DNA of 64,000 nt, from positions 1 through 64,000 of the forward strand of contig CAWAKC010000009.1 in assembly GCA_963782525.1 (NCBI GenBank). The letters run 5' to 3'. The position numbers and the translations under genes are program-made. Positions 53,483 to 61,877 of this stretch are shown here, piece by piece. This DNA comes from Candidatus Bathyarchaeota archaeon (GTDB lineage: Archaea; Thermoproteota; Bathyarchaeia; Bathyarchaeales; Bathycorpusculaceae). The notes beneath the pieces are model-generated. The model was given only the letters and a program-made list of their open reading frames with translations, searched no databases and had not been told where the DNA came from. Within the stretch, counting starts at the first letter, position 1, and each line of letters opens with the position of its first letter.

Positions 53483-53788
53483 TTGCCTGCAGTGGTTGCG
53501 GTGGCCGACCAAAAAACAGAAAGCGTAGTAGAAGACCAAGATTTTCACTCTTCTTCTCTTAGACCATCCGCTGAACCTAAAGAGGCTGCGTTAATTGAGC
53601 CTGAGCCAATCCACTACCATTGTCTGCCGCCCAATGAGCCTCATCCATGCGACAAATACGGCTGCGCACGAGAAGCCAAATACCAACTTGGCAACGGCTA
53701 CTACTACCATGATAAGGCGGTTAGCCATTTTTCTGAGGTTGCAAACAAATGCCGAAAAGAAGGATTCGAGTTAATCGAGGATGTGTAG
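53483..53788 (+). pseudogene. Probable 3' fragment of a mobile-element gene with a Cys/His tail
   Basis: HPCDKYGC..AKYQL; begins exactly where the 62067-type stub ends; no clear RBS. Confidence 0.35.
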
Positions 53789-53823
53789 AGGTTTGACGTT
53801 TAACCGTTTGATTTTGAAGGCAT

Positions 53824-53958
53824 CTTTGTTTGATAGAAGAAGAACCGTGGTTGCTCCACTGCAGCGGAGTTTGCGTTTTAGGTTGCTTTTCTGGTTTGGG
53901 CTTTGGGGCGAATTTTGGATGCGTCTTTATGCGTCTTAATGCGGTTGGGGAAGGTTTG
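53824..53958 (+). repeat. Element X copy
   Basis: About 135 bp colinear with 59902-60033. Confidence 0.8.
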
Positions 53959-54046
53959 GGAGATAGATTGTTCTAGATTCCCTCTCTTTCTGCCTACGGT
54001 TAGAAGACGGTCATTTGTTTTTCGATGAAAAGATAAAGATGAACAA

Positions 54047-54484
54047 TCAGGGACTTGCCAGAGGATCTTTGAAGGTTAGGTTGGTGTCCTTCCAAGTTAT
54101 GCTTTGTAGTTTTAGGAGTTCTTTGTCGTGGGTGTACATGGTGGGGGTTTGGTTTGCTAGAAAGTTGGCTATTATTAGGGAGTCTCTTCCTCCGAGTTTG
54201 TACAGTACAGATAAGTTGAGGGCTATGATGCTGGTTTTTCGGGTTTGATTGTAAAATTCTATGTATGGGTTTTTTAGGAGCAGTCTTATGGCGTTTGCTG
54301 CTTCCTGTGGATGCCATTTATGCCCAAAAACCAATACGTGATAGGCTTCGTGGATAGTTGTCGGGTTTATGGCTATTTTATTTTCGGTTGATAGCTTAAG
54401 CAGTAGGTCGTTTAGCTGTTTATTTTCGGGGTATTCTTCGTCTAAGGCGTAGCAGATGATGTTTGTGTCTAGGCCAACGATCAC
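54047..54484 (-). CDS. vapC: PIN-domain toxin VapC
   Basis: LDTNIICY, HEAY, GGRDSLIIA, YTHDKEL. Confidence 0.85.
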   Translation of the reverse strand: MIVGLDTNIICYALDEEYPENKQLNDLLLKLSTENKIAINPTTIHEAYHVLVFGHKWHPQEAANAIRLLLKNPYIEFYNQTRKTSIIALNLSVLYKLGGRDSLIIANFLANQTPTMYTHDKELLKLQSITWKDTNLTFKDPLASP

Positions 54485-54732
54485 TCGGATTTGCTCCAGA
54501 TTGCCTTGATCTGTTCAGGTGACCAGTTCTCTGGTGTGTCTGTTCGGCGATGCTTGGATTTGATGACTTTTCGCAATTCTTCGATGGGGTCTTCTTTTTT
54601 GCCGGGCAGTAGTAGAAATCCCTGGGGTGTTCTTTTTAGGGTGGCTGTGTCGCCGATTTCTTGGCGAATTTCTGCTGGAATGCAGATACGGCCTTTGGAG
54701 TCTACTTTTACGTTGACTTGTTCAGCTTCCAT
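54481..54732 (-). CDS. vapB: AbrB-type antitoxin
   Basis: KVDSKGRICIPAEIR; ATG at 54732; overlaps vapC by 4 nt. Confidence 0.8.
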   Translation of the reverse strand: MEAEQVNVKVDSKGRICIPAEIRQEIGDTATLKRTPQGFLLLPGKKEDPIEELRKVIKSKHRRTDTPENWSPEQIKAIWSKSE

Positions 54733-55240
54733 TTTTCCCACACTAACATGTGGGATGAAGAAGAATTTAAAACTTCCCATTTCGAATAATACCCGGTTTC
54801 TTGATGAGTACAAACGCGCGAAGCAGCTATTAGGGCAGCTAGAACGCCTAACATGTAGATAGCATTTGTTACAGAAGGCTTACTATTGAGAGCAAGCATC
54901 CGGCAAACCAATCCCAGCCATCCTCACCTGCACAATCACTAAATAGCCTTCCTAAAAGAAGAACAGCCGCTACTGCAAAAAAGACTGGCCAATTGATCAT
55001 ATTCTGAACCCTAACAAGCCCCCAACTCAACAAGGACCAAAGTTACCTCGAAACCTCTCTTACAGAACAATCACCAAGGAAGTTCTATCAAAACCTAAGC
55101 TCCGCCAACACAAGATAAACAATGCCAAAAAAGAGCTGTGATATCAGCAGATAAAAACACGGTTAAAACGAGACTGACTATGGATCTTTAACTACAAAAC
55201 TCTGTCTTATACAACAAAAACACTTACTGCTGCAAAATAT

Positions 55241-55303
55241 GGGGGTTTGTGTTTTGGGTTGCTTTTTTTGTTTGGGGTTTGCTGCGTGTTTTGGATGCGT
55301 CTT
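55241..55303 (+). repeat. Element X partial copy
   Basis: gtttgtgttttgggttgcttttt..gtttgggg..ttttggatgcgtct. Confidence 0.7.
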
Positions 55304-55374
55304 GGCTTGTCTGGTGAAGGTACTGATAACAAATCTGGCCTAATGTGTTTGAGACGATATCGACAGTGGTAGTA

Positions 55375-55596
55375 TCACTTTAGTAAATTTAGAAATTCTT
55401 CTCTGCTCAGCCCGGATTGTTGAATTATTGCTAAAGCGTTCCTTTTTGAATTATATCGTGACGTGGAACAGTAATTTTGTGTTTGCCGTCGGTTAGGTAC
55501 ATGTGACTTCCTTTCTGATGAATAATTCTGAAGCCTGCTTTGTTTAAAGCCCGAAGCAGTTTACGGTGGGATAATGTAAGGCAGTTTCTCAGACAG
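55375..55596 (-). pseudogene. hicA: HicA toxin, frameshifted
   Basis: LLRALNKAGFRIIHQKGSHMYL..ITVPRH..IQKGTL; single-base indels near both ends. Confidence 0.8.
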
Positions 55597-55809
55597 TTAT
55601 TTCCACCAGCTCGCGTTTTCGTTTAAGCTGGTCTAATTCTTCTGGAAAAGCTTCAAGGTATCCTTCGATAGCTGCTTTTATGTTCGCTATGGCATCTTTT
55701 TTGTTTTCCCTTGACTAATACAACCGGGTAATTCGACAACTTGGGCTGAATAGCCCGTATCTTCTTCACGTAAAATAACAGTAAATTTAGCGTCGTCTAC
55801 CCCAACCAT
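55589..55809 (-). pseudogene. hicB: HicB antitoxin, frameshifted in an A-run
   Basis: GYSAQVVELPGCISQGKT then a shift to DAIANIKAAIEGYLE. Confidence 0.8.
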
Positions 55810-55921
55810 GGAACTCCACCGAATATCATTAGACAGCTCAATTTAATATAAAAGTTTGCAACGTAAAATTCGAATTCTATCAGAGGCAACATGGAAACCG
55901 AGTGCAAATTCTCAGGCTTTC

Positions 55922-55983
55922 CTTTAGGTGTTCAACAGCTGCTGATTGAAATGCAACAGAATAGCTGCTGGCACAAAAAACTC
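55922..55983 (+). repeat. Repeat Y copy 9 (degenerate)
   Basis: ctttaggtgttcaac...agaatagctgctggcacaa; same position after an epimerase 3' end as copy 5. Confidence 0.5.
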
Positions 55984-56013
55984 TGAAGCTATGACGTTGA
56001 TTATGGCTAATCT

Positions 56014-56190
56014 TCAAGCCATTTGTTTAGACCATGTTACTGTTTTTTTGAGTCCTTCTTTAAAGCTCACGTTTGGCTTCCATTGGACAAGTTTTTTTAG
56101 TTTTTGTGTGTCAGGGCAGCGTCTTTTTGGGTCATCCCTCGGCAGTGGGTGGGATGTTATTTTAGATTTGCATTTTGTGATATCTTACTC
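56014..56190 (-). pseudogene. 3' stub of an epimerase paralog
   Basis: PLPRDDPKRRCPDTQKLKKLVQWKPNVSFKEGLKKTVTW matches the end of 12079-13089. Confidence 0.8.
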
Positions 56191-56323
56191 TTCACTAACT
56201 CTCATGCGTATTTAGCTTCGTTTTTTCTGTGTGTATTTGTGTACACCATGTAGGTAGCATTGACCACCAATTCTCAAAGTTTATTAATACTCACGACTTA
56301 CGACATAAATTGTGAAGATCACA

Positions 56324-56773
56324 ATGAACACTCAAAAACTCTCCAAAATAGCAGTAATAGCTTTAGCAATAGCCGCACTCGCCCTAACACTAACCACAGC
56401 TGCACTCCTCAGCACAAGTCAAAACATTCCCCTAAACGGAACAATAAACGCAGTAAATTTAGGCGTATACTCCGACAGCGCCTGCACACAAACCTGTTCA
56501 GCCCTAAACGTTGGATCCCTCAATCCTGGAGGAACCGGCACACAAACAATATACATCAAAAACACCGGCAACGTCCCAGAAACACTAACCATGAACGCAA
56601 GCAATTGGAATCCAACTGACGCCACCTCTTCACTAACTCTAACCTGGAACCAACAAAACACCGTCCTACCCGCTGGACAGTCGATCCAAGCAACACTAAC
56701 CTTAACCGCAGCAGCAAACACCGGCAGCCTCACAACCTTCAGCTGCGACGTAACACTCACAGGCACCCAATAA
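56324..56773 (+). CDS. Secreted TasA/bundling-pilin-like subunit (paralog 2)
   Basis: Highly similar to 2606-3055; QNIPLNGTI, LNPGG, IYIKNTGN, LTGTQ. Confidence 0.6.
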   Translation: MNTQKLSKIAVIALAIAALALTLTTAALLSTSQNIPLNGTINAVNLGVYSDSACTQTCSALNVGSLNPGGTGTQTIYIKNTGNVPETLTMNASNWNPTDATSSLTLTWNQQNTVLPAGQSIQATLTLTAAANTGSLTTFSCDVTLTGTQ

Positions 56774-56824
56774 ACAATAAGACAAAACTTGGACCTTTTT
56801 TGCGCGTATTTTTTTAGTCCTTTA

Positions 56825-57031
56825 TCAGAAGTAGGGTGCCCTATCTTTAATTGTAAAACGGTTTTGGTAACATCTTTTAGACGGATTTGGCTCGGCTATT
56901 AGTCTTCCAGCTTCGATTTTGTAACTAACTTTTGTGTGGGCGTAAAGTTTTAGTTTTTCTCTGATTTCTTTAGAAGGGAAAAGCTCTCTTTCGAACCCAC
57001 TCGACTTTGCTGCATTTATCTGATCCCCCAA
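56825..57031 (-). pseudogene. Degraded AbrB-type antitoxin
   Basis: ELFPSKEIREKL..KVSYKIEAGRLIAEP; SRVGSK in another frame; no toxin nearby. Confidence 0.5.
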
Positions 57032-57111
57032 ATAAAACTATATTTTTTCGATAATAAACTTAGGCAGATTTCAGAATTGTTGTATATTTTGTTTGGGAGT
57101 GGTTAGTTGTG

Positions 57112-57338
57112 TTAGAAGAAGCTTGGCTTTTTTGCGTTTTAGTAGAAGGTTTGTTTTAAGTTGCTTTTGTTGAACAAGCTTTGAAGAGCATTTTGGTTGC
57201 GTCTGCATATGTCATGGTTCGTCTGCCGAAAACAAGGATGTTCCAGTTACTGCTAAATGAGATAAGCGCAATCAAGTTTAGGTGCTCGCTAACCACAGAT
57301 TAATGAAGAATGATGACGGCAAAACTACTTTATAACTA
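57112..57338 (+). repeat. Element X followed by repeat Y copy 10 (57266-57338)
   Basis: Colinear with 11831-12055. Confidence 0.85.
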
Positions 57339-57383
57339 CTCAATTTATTAGGGTGCAGCCATAAAGTTTTCTAAGGGATTTAT

Positions 57384-57644
57384 TTGACTGAGACAGACTT
57401 AGAAAAAGTCTATACAGAAATGAAACGTGTTAGGGTAGAGTTAAAGTCCATAGAAAGAACACTTGAAAGTCTCGCAGAATCTCTAATACCAAAGGAAAAA
57501 GCAAGCCCAGAGGAAATAAAAGAACTTGAATCTCTCAGGAATGAAGCGGAGTGTGGAGACAGCATTCCTTTGGAAGAAGTGCTAAAGAAGCACGGAGTAA
57601 AAAGCTGCCTTTTGCTGAAACCTTCGCCATTTCGGCTGCTTTAG
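57384..57644 (+). CDS. Orphan RelB-like antitoxin (putative)
   Basis: Coiled coil plus EEIKEL...GDSIPLEEVLKK tail; flanked by Y copies 10 and 11; no toxin. Confidence 0.5.
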   Translation: MTETDLEKVYTEMKRVRVELKSIERTLESLAESLIPKEKASPEEIKELESLRNEAECGDSIPLEEVLKKHGVKSCLLLKPSPFRLL

Positions 57645-57733
57645 TCGTCATTTTCTTTCTTTACCTGATATTGTGATGTATATTTCTTTAGTTCTTCTAC
57701 TTTACCTTAAGAAAAGGCGTAAAACAAATAATA

Positions 57734-57799
57734 ATCAACTTTAGGTGCTCGCAAACCTCAGGTTAGTAGAGAACGATAACGGCACAAAAACTGCTCTAA
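57734..57799 (+). repeat. Repeat Y copy 11
   Basis: atcaactttaggtgctcgcaaacctcaggttagtagagaacgataacggcacaa. Confidence 0.85.
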
Positions 57800-57812
57800 C
57801 GAAAAATATTGT

Positions 57813-58095
57813 TTATTTAAAAAATCTAGAACCAATGCGTAACGACTTGAACTTGCCCTCTTCAGGTAATAGACTTCTCCACGCGAACGCTGGCTTATCC
57901 TTTTTGTTCACCAACGCCTTTTCTATCAACCCGACTTTTTCAGCCTCTTGAAGCTCACTTTTTAGTTGTTCTTTATCGGTGGGCATGTTCGTTAGTTTGG
58001 TTAATTCGTCGGCTATGCGTCTGTTGTTGGGTTGCCTTGTTTTTGGGCGTTATCGACGGTTTTGATTGGGCTTTCTGGCTAATTTTTTTGGGTAA
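57813..58095 (-). pseudogene. 3' stub of a second exosortase fusion
   Basis: NAQKQGNPTT/RIADELTKLTN..LQEAEKVGLIEKALVNKKDKPAFAWRS matches the C-terminus of 3620-5746. Confidence 0.75.
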
Positions 58096-58121
58096 TTCAA
58101 CATCAATTCACAACTTCAAAT

Positions 58122-58550
58122 CTAAGTTTTCTTGTTTGGGTATTCCATGAAGTTGTAGTATTTTGTGCCTTCAAGCTTCTTTACAAGCTTTTGGTCTAAA
58201 GTTAGCAACTGTGCATCTAGCTTCTCGGCAAGCGATAGGAAAGCAGCGTCATAAACTGTAATGTTTAGTTCTATTGCTAGAACCATTGCGTCTTTTATGA
58301 CTTCTGAAAAGTTATGTACCGCGTAGAGATCCATCATTTCTGCGGCTTGTATGAAGGCTTTTATTGCATCCTTTGCATCAAGCCTATCGGATTTCTTGTA
58401 CTTTATCGCGTTGGCTACTTCGTAATAGTTCAAGTCCAGAGCATGGAAGTTATCATACTCTGATAATCTCTTAGAAGCCCAATCAGAGTGTTCCTCTGGT
58501 GTGACTAGTGCAGCAACCACAGATGAATCAACAACAACCTCAGTGGGCAT
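58122..58550 (-). CDS. vapC: PIN-domain toxin VapC
   Basis: VVDSSVVA, YEVANAI, TVYDAAFLSLA, LLTLDQKL. Confidence 0.9.
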   Translation of the reverse strand: MPTEVVVDSSVVAALVTPEEHSDWASKRLSEYDNFHALDLNYYEVANAIKYKKSDRLDAKDAIKAFIQAAEMMDLYAVHNFSEVIKDAMVLAIELNITVYDAAFLSLAEKLDAQLLTLDQKLVKKLEGTKYYNFMEYPNKKT

Positions 58551-58773
58551 GCTCGCGATCCTCCCTAATGATATCTGCCGAAGGCGTTGTCACTCCAGCT
58601 TTTTTGTACAGATCATCTCTGAACCTATCCACCTGTCTCATTAACTGCTTTAATTTCTTCCTTTTCACCATTCGCTCAAGACATTCCCTAACCTCTTGGG
58701 CATAATCTAAGTTTAATTCCTGAAGTTCGTCTTTGAGCTTCTTGGATACTCTGACTGCAATTACAGCGCTCAT
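58540..58773 (-). CDS. vapB: RHH-type VapB antitoxin
   Basis: SAVIAVRVSKKLKDEL..SADIIREDRE; overlaps vapC. Confidence 0.85.
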   Translation of the reverse strand: MSAVIAVRVSKKLKDELQELNLDYAQEVRECLERMVKRKKLKQLMRQVDRFRDDLYKKAGVTTPSADIIREDREHAH

Positions 58774-59058
58774 GTGTAAACATTAAATAAACAAAATATA
58801 TAAATAATTTGTTAACAATATGTAAACGCCGTCAATTTTGCGCTTAACTCTTCCTATGGACCGGTAACTTGTATTAGTGTTAAACAGCAAGAATATTTAA
58901 TGTTGCATGAAAATCTGGCACTTGTTTTTCTGGGGGTTTTGCCGTTGCTTAACTTTTTGTTTGTTGATAGAACAACAACACTTGGGAATGGATTGTTGTT
59001 GTTCTCCCTTTGGGCGGCAATTAAAGAAGCAGAACACTTAGCTGCATGGCAGCCAACT

Positions 59059-59772
59059 TTAGTTTTTAATCTGCCTCTGCATTTTAGCTATTTTATCTTT
59101 TCTGTTTTTTTCCTCAGCTTGCATGACTTCTTCTACTTTGGACTCATCGTTTAGTAGAAAACTGTGAATTTCTCTAAGGCTGCCTTCGGGGTACTCCGAT
59201 AGTATTTTTTGGAAGAATCTGGTGTCCTCTAAGAAAACGCCGTTAAGGTAGTAATCGAATATGTAATCGAGTTTTGCTGAGTCGGTGAACTGGGCACCTC
59301 TTACATAACTACTTAAATACGCTGCAAACATCTCCATGGCGTCTTCGAAAATTATTTTCATCTGTGTTTTGAGGTATTCGGTTTTTTCTTTGCCATTGAG
59401 GCTTTGGGCTTTTTCTTTGATGTCTTTATATTGTTGTTCTAAAGAATAGGGTTTGTTTTGGTCGCTTTTTGTTTGTTGGGTGGTTTTTTCTTGGTTAATG
59501 TCGAGTTCTTCGAGGGGGGTTGCGATTTTGTACCAGACTTCTGCTCCGCCGTCGGGTCCTAATCTGGCTTCTTTGTTTATGCTTCCTTCATCGTGCATCT
59601 TGTCTAGGTTTTGTTTTAGTGTGGTTGGTCCCATTTGGAGTTCTTTTAGGTGGTCTTTGAGGGTTTTCCATCTTGCTTGGCCGCCGGTTTGGATTAAGAC
59701 TTTGTAGATGTCTTCTCTTCTGATCTTGAGTTTGTTGTATTCGGTGTTGCCTTTCATGTTGTTTCTCCCCAA
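59059..59772 (-). CDS. N-terminal winged-HTH protein (mobile-element regulator-like)
   Basis: IYKVL..ARWKTL..MGPTTLKQNLDKM..EGSINK..VWYKI. Confidence 0.6.
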   Translation of the reverse strand: MGRNNMKGNTEYNKLKIRREDIYKVLIQTGGQARWKTLKDHLKELQMGPTTLKQNLDKMHDEGSINKEARLGPDGGAEVWYKIATPLEELDINQEKTTQQTKSDQNKPYSLEQQYKDIKEKAQSLNGKEKTEYLKTQMKIIFEDAMEMFAAYLSSYVRGAQFTDSAKLDYIFDYYLNGVFLEDTRFFQKILSEYPEGSLREIHSFLLNDESKVEEVMQAEEKNRKDKIAKMQRQIKN

Positions 59773-59901
59773 GCATTTTCAGTATTGAGATACTATATCA
59801 GTATCGTTTTAATAAAAGTTTTACCAAGATACTATTGGGGGTAATCAAGTTACCGCTAAATCAAAAAACAAGCAGAAAAGCAACAACAACGCAGACCCTG
59901 A

Positions 59902-60033
59902 CTTTGTTTGATAGAAGAAGACAGTTAGTTGCCCCCTGCGGCGGAGTTTGTGTTTTGGGTTGCTTTTCTTGTTTGGGCTTTGCAGCGTTTTCTGGCTGCG
60001 TCTTCACCCGTCGCTATATGGTTGGGGAAGGTT
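59902..60033 (+). repeat. Element X copy, leader of the tandem-AbrB-like gene
   Basis: Colinear with 53824-53958. Confidence 0.8.
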
Positions 60034-60051
60034 GGTTTAGGAGGTGTTTTT

Positions 60052-60330
60052 GTGCCCCTAACTGAGAGAGTTGTTTTCAAAACCCGCATGCAACGAGGCG
60101 GCAGAGTACAAGTCAACAAATACGTAAGATGGCGCTACAAGCTTGAACCAAGTCAGTACCTATCAGTGTGGGTAAACGTCCCGGCTATCTGGAATTCTGC
60201 AGAGGGTTTTTTGTGTAGAATGACCAAAGACGGCAGAATAGTAATCCCCAAACTCACAATGGCATGCCTCAAAAAAGATAAACCAAACTTAGACGGCTAC
60301 CTAATAGAAGTCACCCTAAAACCCTTCTAA
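60052..60330 (+). CDS. Tandem AbrB-like DNA-binding protein
   Basis: GTG after AGGAGGTG; two halves MQRGGRVQV and MTKDGRIVIPK. Confidence 0.6.
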   Translation: MPLTERVVFKTRMQRGGRVQVNKYVRWRYKLEPSQYLSVWVNVPAIWNSAEGFLCRMTKDGRIVIPKLTMACLKKDKPNLDGYLIEVTLKPF

Positions 60331-60458
60331 CATCAAGCAGTTTATGAGGGGTGCTGGACAATATACCCAATTTGCTAAATCTATAAAATAGCAAAACACT
60401 AATTAACTAATTTGTCAAAATAGTAAAGTAGTTGTTCGTCATTGAGGTAATCGTTAAT

Positions 60459-61718
60459 ATGAACATTGAATCGGCGCTTACAAGATATGTTGATTACGCA
60501 AATAAAATAGAATTAATTAAAAGAGACGTTGCTTTGCGAGAAGGGAATTTCATCAATGCGATAATAGGTCCCAGACGCTCAGGCAAAACATCTTTGATGC
60601 TATTATACATTAAAAGTCTTGACGTTGAGAAGGGCAACAAAGTATTCATCAACTGTGAAGACATAGATTTTGTAGGAATAACAGCAAACGATCTTACCGC
60701 ATTAGAAGAAGCCATATACCGAATCTACAAACCAGATATGACCAAAGACATTTACTTCTTCATCGATGAAGTGCAGACTTTTCCTGAATGGTCCAGATGG
60801 CTAAGAACCCTCTTTGACGAACGGAGATATAAGATCTTTATAACAGGCTCAACCTCAGACTTATCACTAGACAAATTGCCCTCAGAACTACGTGGCAGAG
60901 CTGTTAACACTTTGGTTCTGCCTTTTTCATTCAGGGAATACTTAAGAATAAAGAGAATAACGCCAGAAGAATACATGAAAACAGACGAGACCAGCAAAGT
61001 CGTGGGAGCGCTGTCTGAATTCCTTGATTTCGGTGGTTACCCCGAGATAGCAAAAAGTGAAGACCCTGTTTTGAAGCATACCTTGCTCTCCGAGTTATAC
61101 GCTACCGTAATACAGCGGGACCTCATAGAGAAATATGGCATAAGAAAAACCGCTGTTTTCAAAGCTTTTGTGAATTCCCTCTTCGGTTCAGCATGCAGAA
61201 ACGTATCCATACCCAGCCTTATCAGTTGGTTCGAAATGCAGGGAACAAAAATAAGTAGTGTAACCGCACTCAACTACCTGAATAATGCACAGTCAGCATT
61301 CCTTTTCTTTTTGATATATCCATATTCTAGAAAAATAAAAGAAAGAACCACCAAACCAAAGCTCTACGTTTCAGACACTGGAATACTAGGGCTTTTTGAC
61401 ACAGGCAAAGGAAAAAAACTCGAAAACACTGTGCTTGTAGAACTCATTAGAAGAAAAGAAAACATTCACTACTATAAGGCTAAGTCAGCTGATGTAGATT
61501 TTGTGCTAACTAAAGAAAACGTTCCATTTGAACTCATTCAAGTCAGCTACAGCATAAACCATCCAGAAACGTACGCGAGAGAAACTAATTCTCTTCTGGA
61601 AGCAAGCGAGAAGTTAAACTGCAACAACCTCACCATAGTTACTTTCAATGAAGAAAGAAATATCGAACGAAACGGAAAAATCATCAGAGTTCTACCAGCA
61701 TGGAAATGGCTAAAATAG
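60459..61718 (+). CDS. AAA_14 ATPase with a DUF4143 C-terminal domain
   Basis: GPRRSGKT, FIDEVQ, ITGS, GGYPE, KLYVSDTG, LEN, DVDF..IQVS. Confidence 0.85.
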   Translation: MNIESALTRYVDYANKIELIKRDVALREGNFINAIIGPRRSGKTSLMLLYIKSLDVEKGNKVFINCEDIDFVGITANDLTALEEAIYRIYKPDMTKDIYFFIDEVQTFPEWSRWLRTLFDERRYKIFITGSTSDLSLDKLPSELRGRAVNTLVLPFSFREYLRIKRITPEEYMKTDETSKVVGALSEFLDFGGYPEIAKSEDPVLKHTLLSELYATVIQRDLIEKYGIRKTAVFKAFVNSLFGSACRNVSIPSLISWFEMQGTKISSVTALNYLNNAQSAFLFFLIYPYSRKIKERTTKPKLYVSDTGILGLFDTGKGKKLENTVLVELIRRKENIHYYKAKSADVDFVLTKENVPFELIQVSYSINHPETYARETNSLLEASEKLNCNNLTIVTFNEERNIERNGKIIRVLPAWKWLK

Positions 61719-61877
61719 CTAAAGCTACAGATTATTCGCCTTGCACATGGTGATTTTCATTATGTTCCAATGAGGTTGGGAACTTGCCGAGAAAACCCGA
61801 GTTTTCTGAGCATTTTGAAAGAGCTTAGAATAAACCTCCTTCTGCGAGAATAATTGCATTTTCCGCTTAGGGCCTAA

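Noticed and set aside
54840-55200. Possible degraded gene
   Set aside because: No ORF in the track and no family motif I could recognise.
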